Shown here piece after piece: positions 44,375 through 58,949 of a DNA stretch of 64,000 nucleotides. The stretch lies in the NCBI RefSeq assembly GCF_009914755.1, contig NC_060933.1; one strand, given 5' to 3'. Positions within the stretch are counted from its first letter, which is position 1. The number at the start of each line of letters is the position of its first letter. The notes under the pieces were generated by a model. The model searched no databases, was not told the origin of the DNA, and saw only the letters and a list, made by a program, of their open reading frames with translations. Origin of the DNA: the human T2T-CHM13v2.0 reference genome, Homo sapiens. Position numbers and translations under genes: made by a program.

Positions 44375-46125
44375 GCCTACAGGAATTTATGACTTATCTG
44401 ATACTGGGCTTTGAAGGCTATATAGACAGTTGATTAATTTAGAAACAGCTTGGCTTGTGGAATAAACATACCTGGTATAGTCTGTGAACTGAAGTGAGCC
44501 AAGGTGGTCCCAGTATTGCTTCCACACTTGCTGTCTCAGATCTCTGTTCTCAGTGACCAGAGTTAAAAACCAGCTTCCCTCTGCCCTTCACGTCTGTGGG
44601 TCCTATGGTTGAGGATTTTTATGTATTGTTTTTCTTTGGGGTCCTGATAAAGCTTAGATAACCAAACATAGAATTTTTAAAGGTGATTGTGAATACAAAG
44701 AACTAAGGAGTGCCTTACCCTGATCCATTCTTTACACAAGCAGCCCCAGTCAGGGAACCCTATGCCAGGGGAGGAATTGGGCCTCAGCATGGACAAGTCT
44801 TGGCAAAGACCACTATGGCAGCAGTGTCTGAAAAAGGAAAAGAGTCCAAGGAGGGAGGAAATGACTAGGAGGCTGCTAGAGCCTTCCCTCAGCGCCATGT
44901 TCTACTCACAGACCAATGTAGTAAAAATGATTTGTATTTCCTTGTTCCTTTTTAAATTTTTGAAAAAAAATTTCCATATTTGGGGGTTTTCCCCATTGCC
45001 AGGTGGTTACATTCCAAAGAAATTATATCATGGGATACAGACACAAGTATTTCCAATCATGCTTATTGTGTAGGGCTGATGGCAAGGTGATTCCCCTCCA
45101 TGGCCACACATCATAACCAGGCAAGCCCGTTAAGTATCAGCAACTGGAAGTCCAGCATCAGGACCACCCATCCCTCTGTCAGGCAGCCCCGGTTGGTGGT
45201 GGTAAATGGAGGAGACTGAGGCCTCTTTCACTCACTTAAATTCGGAGAGTGAGCCACTCTACTCCTGTTGGGAAAACCTATTTCCTTACCCAACGAGACT
45301 GTAGAAAATTCCCCTCAGCCATATACCATGCCAGGTTTCTTTTACAAGCCAACCTGTTTCCAAGCAACCCTTCTTGTAACCTTCTGGAGCCAAGTATCTG
45401 ATATTCGTACTGGGAGAAAGATGAACGGATTCTGCACAGACACGGGCCCTGCCAACATGGGCCTGGGAAGAGGGGAAGCTGGATGTGTGGCTCAGGAGAC
45501 AGGCAGAGGTTGTTAGAGGAAGCACAGAATACTGGAGGTGAAGATAAAGTCAGTAGTTGGCCAGGCCTTTTGTGCAACGGACTCAAGAAACATGTAAGAG
45601 AACAAAACATTTTTAGACTGATAACTGATTACTTGTGTACATCTTGAAAGTTGGCTGCTGCAGGGCCTAAACAAGAGAGAGGCCTTACAGTAGGGGTTAT
45701 GTGTCCATAGGCTCATGGAAGCTTGGCATTGAGATGATCTTCATTCATTCAATATCATCTACTCAGTCATTCAGCCAACACTGAGTTAAGCTCTGAGCAA
45801 GGCATTGTAGTTAGATGGCAGATAGGTTAGCGTTGTTGGAAAGAGTGTGGGGTCAGAGGTCTGGGCTGCAGAAACCCACCACAGTTTCCTCTAATCATGC
45901 CTGGGAAGGGGGAACCAAGGGGGAAGGAAGCAGCCCTCTATTGAGCAATCAACTATGCATCGGGCACTTCCACTTGTGTTGTAGCAGCAGGAGCCAATAA
46001 TCGTGCATTTGGGACTGGGCCACTAGAAGACTGGCTTGTTGGGATCAAGTCAAGGGGTTCTTGGAAACCTGCTGAGAACAGGCCCATCACCTGACAGCCC
46101 AGAAAGATGTCCGAGTCTGGTGGCC

Positions 46126-46180
46126 AGATCCAATGGGGGAGATCCAGTGGGGGAGATCCAATGGGGGAGAGCCAAAGGTG
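46126..46180. repeat. 14-bp tandem repeat (agatccaRtggggg)x3 plus a partial copy
   Basis: Units start at 46126, 46140 and 46154, with a degenerate unit at 46168. Confidence 0.9.
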
Positions 46181-46714
46181 TTTGTTGGTAGCTCTGACAC
46201 CAACTTTTATGACCTGGGCAACAACCAAAACAATTTAATAACGCTCTCTCAGAGTTCAAGAGAAAAGGACTAAACAGAAATAAGCAGCAGCCCAGCCTCT
46301 ACCCAGCTGGTACTCCTGGAAATTGCACATGGGTGAAGCAAGGCTGCTTCCTCCTGCTCCACTTGTGAGAAAAATGACTGCCTGTTCTCCTTTCTCAGTA
46401 TCGGTCTCTAAGAGTTGTAATCCAAAGAAGGCAAAATACAATTACTTTCTGTTGCATTTTTAGAGCAGCAACTGTAAGTGGGAGGGAAAAAAAAACAGAC
46501 ATCTAGAAAATGGTGGAATGAAATATGTTAAATCATACAAAACAAGTGGCTTCCAGTGACCACCTATACTGAAAAATAAATGAAATCAGAAAGTCGTATA
46601 TCGTGTAGAATTTTAGAGGAGGAAGAAATTTTGGCGATTCTCTAAGCCAGCTGCCTTCATTTTCTAGAGGAGGAAAGTGAGCCCCCGTGCTATAATGAAG
46701 CTGTCTCAGAGTCT

Positions 46715-46734
46715 CACAGCCCCCTGGTGGCAGA
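46715..46734 (-). promoter_or_regulatory. Candidate CTCF motif (TGCCACCAGGGGGCTG) in a MIR-like relic
   Basis: Close match to the CCASYAGRKGGC core; motif only. Confidence 0.45.
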
Positions 46735-48948
46735 AGGAGCCTGAAACTGATTGTGCTGCGTGTTGGTGATCCCAAATGTCTGTCCATGTTTGTAAATTAA
46801 TATGGTGGGGCTTATGAAATCAGGACCACAGTCATTGTCTGTGAATACTTCTCTTTTTCTACCTTTGGTCAAAAAGTTGGTTGGTAGAAGAAGAGCTAGA
46901 AGCCTAGAGCCAGAGCCGTGGAGCCGTGGGGGTTCTCTTTCATCCTATCTGCAGCTTGGGTAGCCAGCTGGGTTTTGGAGGAGAGTGCATCTCTTCCGAA
47001 GACCTTAGTTGCTTTCCTTGCGGAAGGGCTGATCCTGGCCTCCGGGAACAGGAGAAACATAGTAATTTTAAAGGTTATGAGGAAAGGAGGATAGGGATCC
47101 CGAAGGCCAGGGAGGAAAAGCCAGTGAGTTTGGAGCGTGGGAGCTGCAGGCAGGTGGGAGAAGCTGAAGGCCTAACGTGGCTGTTTTATTTGTTTAAATG
47201 TACAGGGCTCAGAAATAGAGGATTTTGGAAACTGTATTCCACTGTTCTAAAAGAGAAAGTGTGTAGGGGGGAAAATAGCATCTTGACTACAATGTAATCC
47301 TAGATCTTGAAACGTGAGGTTACATGGACAAAAAATGCTTAATCCCAACTTGAAAGTATGCATAATATTCAAAATTATCCCCCACCTTCAGTGCTTTACC
47401 CAGGTTATGGAGATTCTTGAAAAACATGTAAATGAACTTTGTGTATGTTAGTCTATGTACACATTTAGGAAGAGTTCCATTTAATAGTCTTTTTGTAAAA
47501 CATGATCTAGGATTTATCTTTCATATGTACAATCCATCTGAATTTAAGTTTCCTCATCTGTGGGGGTAATATACGGGTTATGGTGAGAAATAAATGTTGC
47601 AAATAACTTAATCTTACACAAAATAAGCACTTAACACAATAAAATATATGTGTATTAAAATATCTCAATGGAAGTCATTGCATTAGAGTCTTCAAATACT
47701 CAAAACCAGTCTTTTTCTACCCAGGAAACACCTACATTCTAAATTTTAAAGCCCCTTTAGGTAAATACTGATATTAATGTTTCAGATTGTTTTGTTTAAA
47801 ATTCTCTTGGCATTGTTCTTCTGTGGTTTTCCAGAAATATGGCCAGAACTACAAAGCACATGGTACTGTAAACAATTGCTATGCCAGTCATTTAAAATAA
47901 CTCAATTATTAAAGGAGGGATGTCTTCACCCCCACTCTTTCAGAAAAGACAGCTTGGCCTCTAAATTCTTATGAATTTAGAGAGAAGCCATTTTCCTCAT
48001 CCCTTCTTGATGTCATTCCTTAGTCCTTACATCTGCTGGATCTATTCTATAAGGAGTGTTTAGGGCTGGCATATGGAAAAATGATTTGAGATTGGTAAAC
48101 AGCAAGTCACAGCAAGTGATGCCTCTCACTGTCAGTCTATAAAATCACTGCATCGTCAATTTGAAAGTGTTTTTGTTCTATGTATGATTCCATCTCATTT
48201 AGCAACAGTTACCCTGCCCCTTTCTTCCTTCTAAACCTTGGATCCCTGAGCTTTGCTTTTCTATTTCGTAAATGTTATTTATTCCTCTAACATAGATAAT
48301 GACATCTGTGATATAATACATGTATGTATAATTCCCTATCATCAACCCTTACAGCTTACTATGAAAATTAAGAGGAGGAAGAATTAAACTGGTAGAGATT
48401 TGAAAGGAAGAGAAAAACTATTTTGATTTCTTCTAGGCCTGTTTCACTACCATTTATTATATTCCTCATTATGTCTTTTATATATCAAGAAAAAAACTGC
48501 AGGACCAAAATTGAGGCACAAGTGGGAAAAAACATCCAGTGATCCCTACCCCAATAAGAAGCTTCATTTTTATTTTTTTCTCTTTGTTTGGGTAAATGGA
48601 TAGCAATTAAGTCCTCCTGTCTTATGAAGTCAGAGATTTATCTCTTGAATTAATTAACTGCAGAATAGTGACGAGTGGCCCAGTGAACACTATCAGAGCA
48701 CTGAGAGATGCTGGTTTATTTCCCCTCCTTAGCTAAATACATTCTTCTTTTTAAAACTGAAGAGGTCAGTTGGTGGGATGAAAAAGAAAGGTTTGCAGTC
48801 TCTTGGGATAGGCGGTAAAAGATAACAACCAGATCTTGTATGCCACTGATATTTCCAGAGTATATTAAGTTTCCATGCTGGTTTCCACCTTTTTAAGGGA
48901 GTTATAATCATCCCCTCTCATTCCCTAAATCAGCAACAACAGCAGTGG

Positions 48949-48951
<3 letters not shown>

Positions 48952-49001
<50 letters not shown>
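48952..49001. repeat. (TG)25 microsatellite
   Basis: Perfect dinucleotide run. Confidence 0.98.
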
Positions 49002-49004
<3 letters not shown>

Positions 49005-50399
49005 GTGGGGATAACATTAGGCCAGAAGGGATGGATGAGAGGGTGGAGGTTGCTGAGGGTTTCTTTGAGGGGAGGTTGGTTGTCCTAATCTTGTTTTACT
49101 TAAAGCTGGTAAACAGCCTAGATTCTAATTCCTATTCTAAAGATTCCCAATGTTATAGTGAAACCTTTCCACTTTGGCCCCATATAGGACACCTTTTCAA
49201 TTAGTGCCCATGTGTCTGTGCACCTGACATGGCAGAGGGCTGTGATATGCCCCTGGAGAACTCTGTAGAGCAGAGGTTTGACTTTGGCCCTGACCCATCT
49301 CCACACCTATGGGCAAAGAGTTAACCATGGATTTGCCAGTCAAAGGAGAATGCAAATTAAAAGAGTAGAAGCTGGCTTGGTATTGCTTGGAAACAGGCCC
49401 ATGTAGCCAATAAACAAGCAGTTGGAGTAGCCACATATTTTAGCTGGGCCTGTGCTAAACTGAAACACAAAACTACAAAGCTGCTATTTCTGTAATTCTA
49501 TGTGGGGTTATGACATCAGGTATGACAGTTATGAGCATGGACTCAGGGTTAACAGATCTAGGTTCAAGGGCCAGCTTTGCCACCTCCTCACTGTGTAGCC
49601 TTGGATAAGCTGATTTGTCTTTCTGGGCCAGTTTCATCTTATGTAAATCAAGAGTAAGTAATTTTGTACAAGGCTTGGACTACAGTAAGTACTCAGGAAA
49701 GGCCAGCTAGCTAATAGAATGGTGAAAAGAGCCATGAACATATTCCATTCATTCCCCATCAAAAGAAGAGTGAGTGGAGTTATGGCAAGAAAGGTACTAC
49801 CGTAATGTGAAAAGATTCCACCTAAAGATACCTGATCATTTCTTACTTCAGGGAAGCCCATCTTACAGGTCCTTTCTGGCCCTACAGTGTAAGACTTTAA
49901 AAGACATAGGTAGGCAGGCACAATTGCAGTTTCTCCATATCTTTCTGCCTAGGTGTGTTTCTCAACCCCCACTTCACCCACAAGCTGCTGTTACATGTTC
50001 CTCCAAGAGTCCAGCATCCCAGTGAGCCAATTAGGGAACACACTCCTTATTTGTTATTGCAAAAGTATATATTTAATTGTGAATATGGGTGTAAATTCTT
50101 CTAAAGGACTATTTTAAATTTTAAATGAAAAAGGCTAGAGAAGTGTAAAATTTTATTATAAAAAGGAATAAACAAGAACCTTATTTGGTAGATGATAAAG
50201 AATAGCTATAGTTTCTGCCCTGTGAGAGCATACAATTTTAATAATCAAAACTCTTAAGAGAAGGCATGGAAATTTTATTGTTTTAGAGCTTCCATGGGGA
50301 CTATTTTACAAATGCAGTTTAACTTTAATTGCTGTAAAATAATTGAACATGACTATTAGTGTATAACCATAAAAAAATGAAAATTATAAAGTTAAGAGC

Positions 50400-51390
<991 letters not shown>

Positions 51391-51880
51391 CAATTTACCT
51401 TTCTAAATTGAGCAATGGTATCTTTATGGATATTTATCTTTCAGTCTGATATATTTTTGAGCCTATATTGTTTTTCAGGTAAAAAGCATTTGGTTATAGG
51501 TCCATAGGGTATATGCGCTTGGAATATAGATCAAAACAAGAACCAGAATGACCGTGGCTTAAGCTAAGTTGAAGTTTATTTCTCACACGCATGAAGTGCA
51601 GAGGTCATTTACTTGCCTCTGCAGGGTATTCAGGGGCCTAGGTTTCTATCTTGTTTTTCTACCATTCTCAATGTATAGCTAACAAAAGCGATTAAAGAAG
51701 CCTACTTCATCTCTGTCCATCACATCTGTACACAGCACACCCCTTCCTGGTGAGGACGTGACCTAGGAGTCGGACACATCATTTCCTGTCCCAGCTCAAT
51801 AGCCAGAAAATAGTAATGTGATGATACCTACCTAAAAGAGAACCAGGCAAAATACCCAGTTGAAATCCATTACTATATCA

Positions 51881-52089
51881 CAAGGTTTCCGAACCTCAGC
51901 ACTATTGACATTTGGGCTAGATAATTGTTTGTTGAGGGGGGCTGTTCTGTGCATTGTAGGATGTTTAGCACATCCCTGGCCTCTGTCCAATCAGTGCTAG
52001 GAGCACTGCCCAGGTGTGACAACCCAAATTGTCTCCAGACACAGCCAGATGTCCCTGAGGGTAAAGTCAAGCCTCTTGAAGAACAACTG
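51881..52089 (-). mobile_element. MER20 inserted in an old MLT1-like LTR (about 51500-52140)
   Basis: ctcagcactattgacatttggg...tgtaggatgtttagca...gtctccagaca. Confidence 0.9.
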
Positions 52090-53548
52090 CTAAGTAAGAA
52101 GAGAATAGATGCTGCAGACAACCAGTAACATCCGCTATAAGCATTGTGTTATTTCCCCCAAAACAGTGCTTAGCACTGAACTAATATTTCACCTTTCAAA
52201 TAACAAGTCCTCTACCAGGAAATCAAACATGCTAAGATTGTGTCAAATTTTATTTTGGTTGATTCTAGGATGAAAAGTCAATCCTGTCTTATTTTAATCT
52301 ATTGAATCTAAATTGATATTTATATCAAATAAATAACAATTTTTATTTGAATACACAGACAAATGAAATATTCTTCCCTAGTGTGTAAGAATAGTATTAA
52401 GGATATTATACTGTGTTACATTTATAATGAATATCTCAGTTTAAAGTGTAATATTTCTGAAAGACTAATATAACAGCAAATATATACAGCAAATATAACA
52501 GCTCTATCCTAAATCAAGAATTTCATCTGCAGTTGATGGCCTGTCTCTTTTTAGGGCAATTAAGTGTCCATAATTTGATGCTGCTGTATTATGAATACTT
52601 TAAGAGTACAGTATTTTTCTGTTAATGAGGAGTGTTTACTTAACATGCTCTTCCTTTCCAATGAGGGAACATGCTTTGCTGCCAATCAAATTAAGGTGGA
52701 GATCATTTCAAAGAAACCATGAAACACTTTTTCTTTATTCTGCCTCTCCTATTAAATGTTGAGAAGCAAATCTTCTATCAAACAGATGGATATACTGGGA
52801 TCTTGTTAAAAGGCTGCTTGATAAAAAGGGAAAGTTAAATATAAAGTGGATCTGTGTTGGGCTTCTTCCAAGGTTGTTTAGTGCCTAGTGTGTCAGAATA
52901 ACCTTGTTATAAGGCAAATTCACCACATGGAGTGTTCGTGCCAGCCTAGGGAAGGCCATCATTTAATGGAACTCCAGTATTCTTATTTTTGAAAATGCAG
53001 ATGCTGCAGAAATTATATCAGAAATGTCGTTGCCAATCATGAAAATAACAGAATACCCCAAAAGTCACGTATGAAATGATTCATACTGGGAGACGGGAGT
53101 AACCGGTTTTAGCTCCTGTAATGAACAGAGGCTGTGTAGAGGCATGATTGGTAAAGCTGGACCTGGAAGAGTGGGTAGGATACTGAAAAGAGAATGGAAA
53201 AGGACAGCATGGAAAGCCCAGAGATCAGTGGATGCAGAGACCAGAAATCACAAGGCAAGTTTAAGTGGGACAGTTTGGCTAAAGTGGTGGATTTGCATAG
53301 AGGCAAGAGGATCTCTGGCTTGTGGCCAAAACAGTAACTGGTCCACCAGAGTTTGTGCCCCCTCTTCCAAAGCACAGCTGGGTCTGGAAAGCAGCTGCAG
53401 AGCCGGCCCTCCTTGCATCTGAGCCAGGCCGTGTGGCTTATCCTTACTGGTGTGCTATGAATGAGTCATTGTCTGTAGGACCTGGGCAGTTAAAGGATGA
53501 CACACTTAAATCGGATAATTTGGAAGGAATTTAAGAGGGACTCTTTTT

Positions 53549-53788
53549 ATGAGAACACATGGACACAGGGAGGGGAACATCACACACCGGGGCCTATCGG
53601 CAGGTGAGGGGCAAGGGGAGGGAGAGCATTAGGACAAATACCAAATGCATGCAGGGCTTAAAACCTAGATGACAGGTTGATAGGTGTAGCAAACCACCAT
53701 GGCACATGTATACCTATGTAACAAACCTGCATGTTCTGTACATGTATCCTAGAACTCAAAGTAAAATTTTAAAAAAGAAAAAAAGAAA
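53549..53788 (+). mobile_element. L1PA 3' end with poly-A
   Basis: atgagaacacatggacacagggagggg...gtaacaaacctgcatgttctg. Confidence 0.92.
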
Positions 53789-53789
53789 G

Positions 53790-54200
53790 ACTCTGTTTGC
53801 AAAGATGTGGGAGAAATGCAGGGAAACCATAAGGGGTAGTTCAGTGTCTTGAGGCAAAATGTACCTTGTTACCCGCCTCCCCCACACCGCCCCCCAAGCC
53901 ATAAAAAGGTAAGAGAATGGCACTATTTCTAGATCCCAGAGTAGGAATCATCTGGAAAGATCCACAGAGAGGAGCTGTAACCTTTAGAAGGACACAACCA
54001 GACCGAGTCAAACCCTTAAGGAGGGAGGGATGGAAGTAAACACTTTGACCTCACTCTCAAACCTCCGTCCAGTCTTCTGCCATGGTGTCCCATTGGCCAA
54101 ACCCAACTAGAAGCCAGAGGGAGCCCTTTGATGTGGCCTTACTGATGGTAACCCAGGGCACAGAGCAGGGTGAAGGAGGGTTGAGGGACAGGCCTGGGGT
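53790..54200 (-). mobile_element. LTR33-like ERVL LTR
   Basis: cccattggccaaacccaactagaagccagagg...ccagggcacagagcagggtg. Confidence 0.65.
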
Positions 54201-55562
54201 AGATATCCTGCACTGTCACTTCCTGGCAAAGGTAGGAAGAAGTGGATATTCTCTCACTTCTCCTATCAGCCAGCTGGACTGGGGGGATTTTACGATCCTA
54301 GGGGCTACTAGAGCTACAGGGATGCAGGAGCCAGGCTCTCTGAATCACCTGACAAAGGCAAGTGGATTATCATTCAGAGACACTCACTGTGGACTAGGTC
54401 CTATCAAAAAATAAACTTCTCTTGAATCAAGACATTGAATTTTAGGGGTGTGTTTTTTTTTATAGGACTTGGTATTTGAGGATTGATTTATTACAGCATT
54501 TAGCATTAACAGGAACTCAATTGTAGAAAGTTTTGAAGGCCAAGCAAAGAATTTGGATTCATTTCTACAGATGGTTAAAAATTAGTGGAGGCTTCTATGC
54601 TGGGAGGTGGTTTTAAAAGGAAAAACAGAAAGAGAGCCTTGGAATGATGAGTCTGGCAGTCACATGGCAGGTGGAATGGAACACAGTGAGCAATCCATTG
54701 ATGCAGCTGGCCCAAACCCCATGTGATCAGCGGGACCTGTGAATCAGTCCCACACAATACAAGCTGAAGGGATGGAAGCATAATCATATTCCAAGTTCAG
54801 GTGCCAGCCTGCCACGTAGAACTTGGGGAAGGAGGTGGTCTAAGACCAGTTGAATGATCACCCCACTCTATGAAAGGGCCTGGCTGGCCCACTGTGAGAT
54901 ATGGAAGAGGAAATTTGGAAAGAGTTGTTGATATGTCATGAGTAACCCACATAAGGGAGAGGCTTGGGAGAGGGTCTGCCCACCATCTCAAGCCTAGAGA
55001 AGGGGGCTTCTGTGAGACCACTGAAGAGTGTGCTGTGTGCTCCCTGGAGCCTGGAGGATGCAATAGACTATAGTATTTTTCTGAAAAATCAGAAAGTTTT
55101 CAGAAGAGAAGTTTTGGTCAGCTGCTCTGATGACGGCAAAACCAAAAAAGGCTCCTTGGGGAGGGTGGGTGTTCCAGGCAAATGATATGTGACCATTGGA
55201 GGACACTGAGCTCTAGAGAGAGCTAATGTGGGGTCACCCCAGTCCTGTCTATGTGAAGACCTGGAAAAACAACAGGAAACTACCAGGCAGAGGAATGCAA
55301 TAGCCATTTGCGGGGGAGAACTGCAGACCCCATGAGAGCACCTCACAAGAAAAAAAGATACATACCTGGACAGCCTTTTCAGTTCCTGGTACATTTTACA
55401 ACTGTACTCTTCAAAAAACACCTTTCCTACCTCTTTTCTCCTCCCTCTAGCAACCAGTCAGAAAAGAGAAGAGAGGCTCCCAAGCCCCTCCCACTGCTGG
55501 AGGCCGGCTTGTGCCAGGCAAGCTGGGGGAAGAGAGAGATGGCTACCAAAAGCATATATAAG

Positions 55563-55565
<3 letters not shown>

Positions 55566-55595
<30 letters not shown>
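55566..55595. repeat. (TTA)n microsatellite
   Basis: About 9-10 copies. Confidence 0.9.
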
Positions 55596-55596
<1 letters not shown>

Positions 55597-55659
55597 GCTG
55601 GACTGTACATACCAGATGTCTAGATGAGACCATTTTTACAGATCTATGACTGGGAATAA

Positions 55660-55970
<311 letters not shown>

Positions 55971-56699
55971 AGGACCTTTTATTCCAGAAGCCACCAGAAG
56001 GGTCATAGACCTGCCGTATATTTCATGCTGGGGCAGAAGAAAAATCTAACCCCAGAATACATTTAGAGGAACAGTGGGAGACAAAAATAAACTTGTTACG
56101 ATTACATTTTATAAAAGCACAATCATTACATAGGTTTGTTGCATTAAGGCCTTGACCTAAAAGAAAAAGCTAAAAAGATGAGCAACTCCTAAACATGCCT
56201 TTGTCATGCCTCAAAATGTATTTTAAAACATAGTAGCAATACCTTCATTGGAGGACATTTCCATCCCAATATATAAAACATAAAATTTAGAAAACTTGGG
56301 AAGTACAAAACTTGAAAGCAAAAATCACCTAATATCCCGCTATCCAGAAATAATTGTACATTTTGGTATATTTCCTTCCTGTCTTATTTTCCTCCGTGGA
56401 TATGTACACGTGTACTTGGTTTTTCTTGTTTAAATTTTATGATCTGTATTGTGTCCTGCTTTTTAAACTTAACATAGTATCTTATTTTTCTAAGTTAAGG
56501 ATCACTTCTAAAATATGATTTAAGTGATGGCATGATTTGACGAGTCCATCAAATAATTTTGTCAAATATGCTAGATCCAGATTTAGGTTTATATATGAAT
56601 TAACAATATGAATGAGAAAAATATAGAGAATTTGACTCATAGCTTTAGATATTCCATCAAGTTGTAGTATTTATATTATCAGATGAAAGAGCTACTTGT

Positions 56700-58280
56700 G
56701 GAGACGGTTGTCACCCCTTTCTTCAAACTCTCTTTCCTTGGTTTCAGTGAAGCCATATTTCCCTGATTTTCTTCTCCTGTGTTAGTCACTCCTACGTCTC
56801 CTCCAAAGCTTTTCCTCCTTCCATCTATTTTCTAAATGTTGTTGTGGTTTAGGACTCTCCTTGGATACTCCCCTCTCTCTCTTGGTTTTCTCATTCAACC
56901 CCTTGGTTTTCAATATCATTTATATGCTAACAACTCTCAAAATGAAATATTCTCTCTAACCTCTATCCCAAGCTCCAGACTTGTATGTTAGCATCTCCAG
57001 TTGGATGTCTCATTAGCATCTCAAATGGAACTCTGAATCTCTGCTCCAAAATAGGTACCATCTTCAGTTTCCTCAGCTTGGTAAAGTGACTTCAGTCCTC
57101 TCAACTGCTGAAGGAAAATGCCAGGAGGCATTGCTGGTACTTTTCTGTCCCTTATTTCTAGTTTGCAGCAAATTCTGTCTCCCTCCCTCCAATATATCTC
57201 AAATCCACCTCCTCTGCCCATCCTCTCGTTCATCACCCTTCTCTAAGCCATCAGTATCTCTATATGAACCACTACAACTGCCCCCAATCACTTTCCTGCC
57301 TATAATCCCTCCAATGAAACTGGTTGTAGGACTATGGAAATGATACAGTTTGTGGGTAGGCAAACCTCCTCCTCTCTGAGAGGAAGTGGGACAACCTCTT
57401 GCTTCTGAGTTCTTCAAATCATTTCTCAAGTTCTTTCCTGTATTAATTTTCTATTGCTTCTATAACAAATTACTACAAGCTCAGTGGCTTAAATCAATGC
57501 AAACTTATTATCTTATAGTTCTGGAGGTCAAAAGTTCTAAAATCAAGGTGTTGACAAGGCTGCGTTCCTTCAGAGGCTCTAGCAGGGAATCAATTCCTGC
57601 TACTCTAAGTAGCAGCCAGAGTGAACCTTTTCAAATAAGAATGCTGTTCCCTCATTGAAACACATCAAACCATTAGGATGGCCTATAAGACCCAGATCTC
57701 AGTCTGTCCAGTCTTTCCAGCCTCCAGTTCTGGCACTTTCCCTGTTACCCGACTAATGAACTCATATGATTTGCTTTCAGGTCCCCGAACCTTACTGCTT
57801 CTCTATCCCTGGAAATCAACTCCCCTAATTTCCTAATGTGCTTTGTCTTTCCTCACCACACATAGTAATCCAAAATGTCAATTCCTTAAGGGCAAGACTC
57901 TGTTCAGGTCACCTTTATGTCCCCAGTTTGTACAAAGGACACAGCCAGTCTTTGTTGACACGACTTGTTGACTGGCCCATTCTCACTTTTCAGGTCTCAG
58001 CCTACGGATCATTCCTCAGAGAGACCTCTGAGACTCCATCATTCTTGAGTGGGTCTCCGCCCTTCTGACCTCAATTATTTCACGCTGTTCTTTCTGTCAC
58101 TGACTTCATTTGTCTTTATGCATGTGTATCTTTGTCTGTTTAATGTCTCTTTCCCCCACTAGACTAGAAACTCCCATGAGAGCAAGAACCACGTCTCTTT
58201 TTCGGCTTATGCTTCCCACAATGCCTAAAATAATGCCTGGCTCATACTAAGTGCTCAGATCTTTGCTGGCAGAATGAACA
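56700..58280 (+). mobile_element. L2 relic(s), interrupted by the 57314-57598 insertion
   Basis: ctctatcccaagctccagac...atctccagttggatgtct...gcagccagagtga...tgcctggctcatactaagtgctca. Confidence 0.75.
57314..57598 (-). repeat. Left arm of a 285-bp inverted duplication (copy of 58665-58949)
   Basis: Manual alignment to the reverse complement of 58665-58949: no gaps, about 20 mismatches in 285 bp. Confidence 0.95.
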
Positions 58281-58373
58281 GCCTCTGACTGAATGGGGTT
58301 CTGAGGGAACCTCTTCTCTCTGCTGGGGGCAACACGGGAAAAAATGCCAGGGTCAATCCTGAAGTAGAGGAGT

Positions 58374-58824
58374 GTGATCCACAGAATAATGGGACCCCAA
58401 AGAGATCTATGTCCTAATCCCTGGAACCTATTAAGAAGACATTGCCAATAACTTCACACACTTGGCAGGTGTGATTAAGTTAAAGATTTTGAGATAGGGA
58501 GATTATCTTAGATTATCCAGATGGGTCCATATAAAGTGAAGTGAGAAGATCAGAGTCACAGAAGATGTGATGAGAGAAGCAGAGGTCAGAGGGAGACAGA
58601 GATTTAACAATTCTGCTGGCTTTGAAGATGGAGGAAGAGGCCACAAGGAATGCGGGTGGACTCTAGGAACTGATTCCCCACCAGAGTCTCTGAAGGAACG
58701 CAGCCTTGTCAAAACCTTGATTTTAGGACTTCTGACCTCCAGAACTGTAAGATAATAAGTTTGCATTTTTTTAAGCCACTAAGCTTGTAGTAATTTATTA
58801 TAGAAGCAACAGAAAACTAATACA
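58374..58824 (+). mobile_element. MLT1D-like LTR
   Basis: cagaataatgg...gtcctaatccctggaacc...agaactgtaagataataa...gcaacagaaaactaataca. Confidence 0.88.
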
Positions 58825-58949
58825 AGGAAGAACTTGAGAAATGATTTGAAGAACCCAGAAGCAAGAGGTGGTCCCACTTCCTCTCAGAGAGGAGGAGGTT
58901 TGCCTACCCACAAACTGTATAATTTCCATAGTCCTACAACCAGTTTCAT
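58665..58949 (+). repeat. Right arm (probable source) of the inverted duplication: MLT1 3' part plus flank
   Basis: Contiguous with the upstream part of the MLT1 LTR (from 58374) and with about 125 bp of flank beyond the LTR end. Confidence 0.93.

Noticed and set aside
46126-46180. Short repeats resembling a CRISPR-like array
   Set aside because: Head-to-tail units with no spacers, in mammalian DNA.
57386-58766. Two ORFs sharing MQTYYL.VLEV.S.KIKVLTRLRSFR
   Set aside because: A by-product of the inverted duplication of MLT1 sequence, not paralogous proteins.
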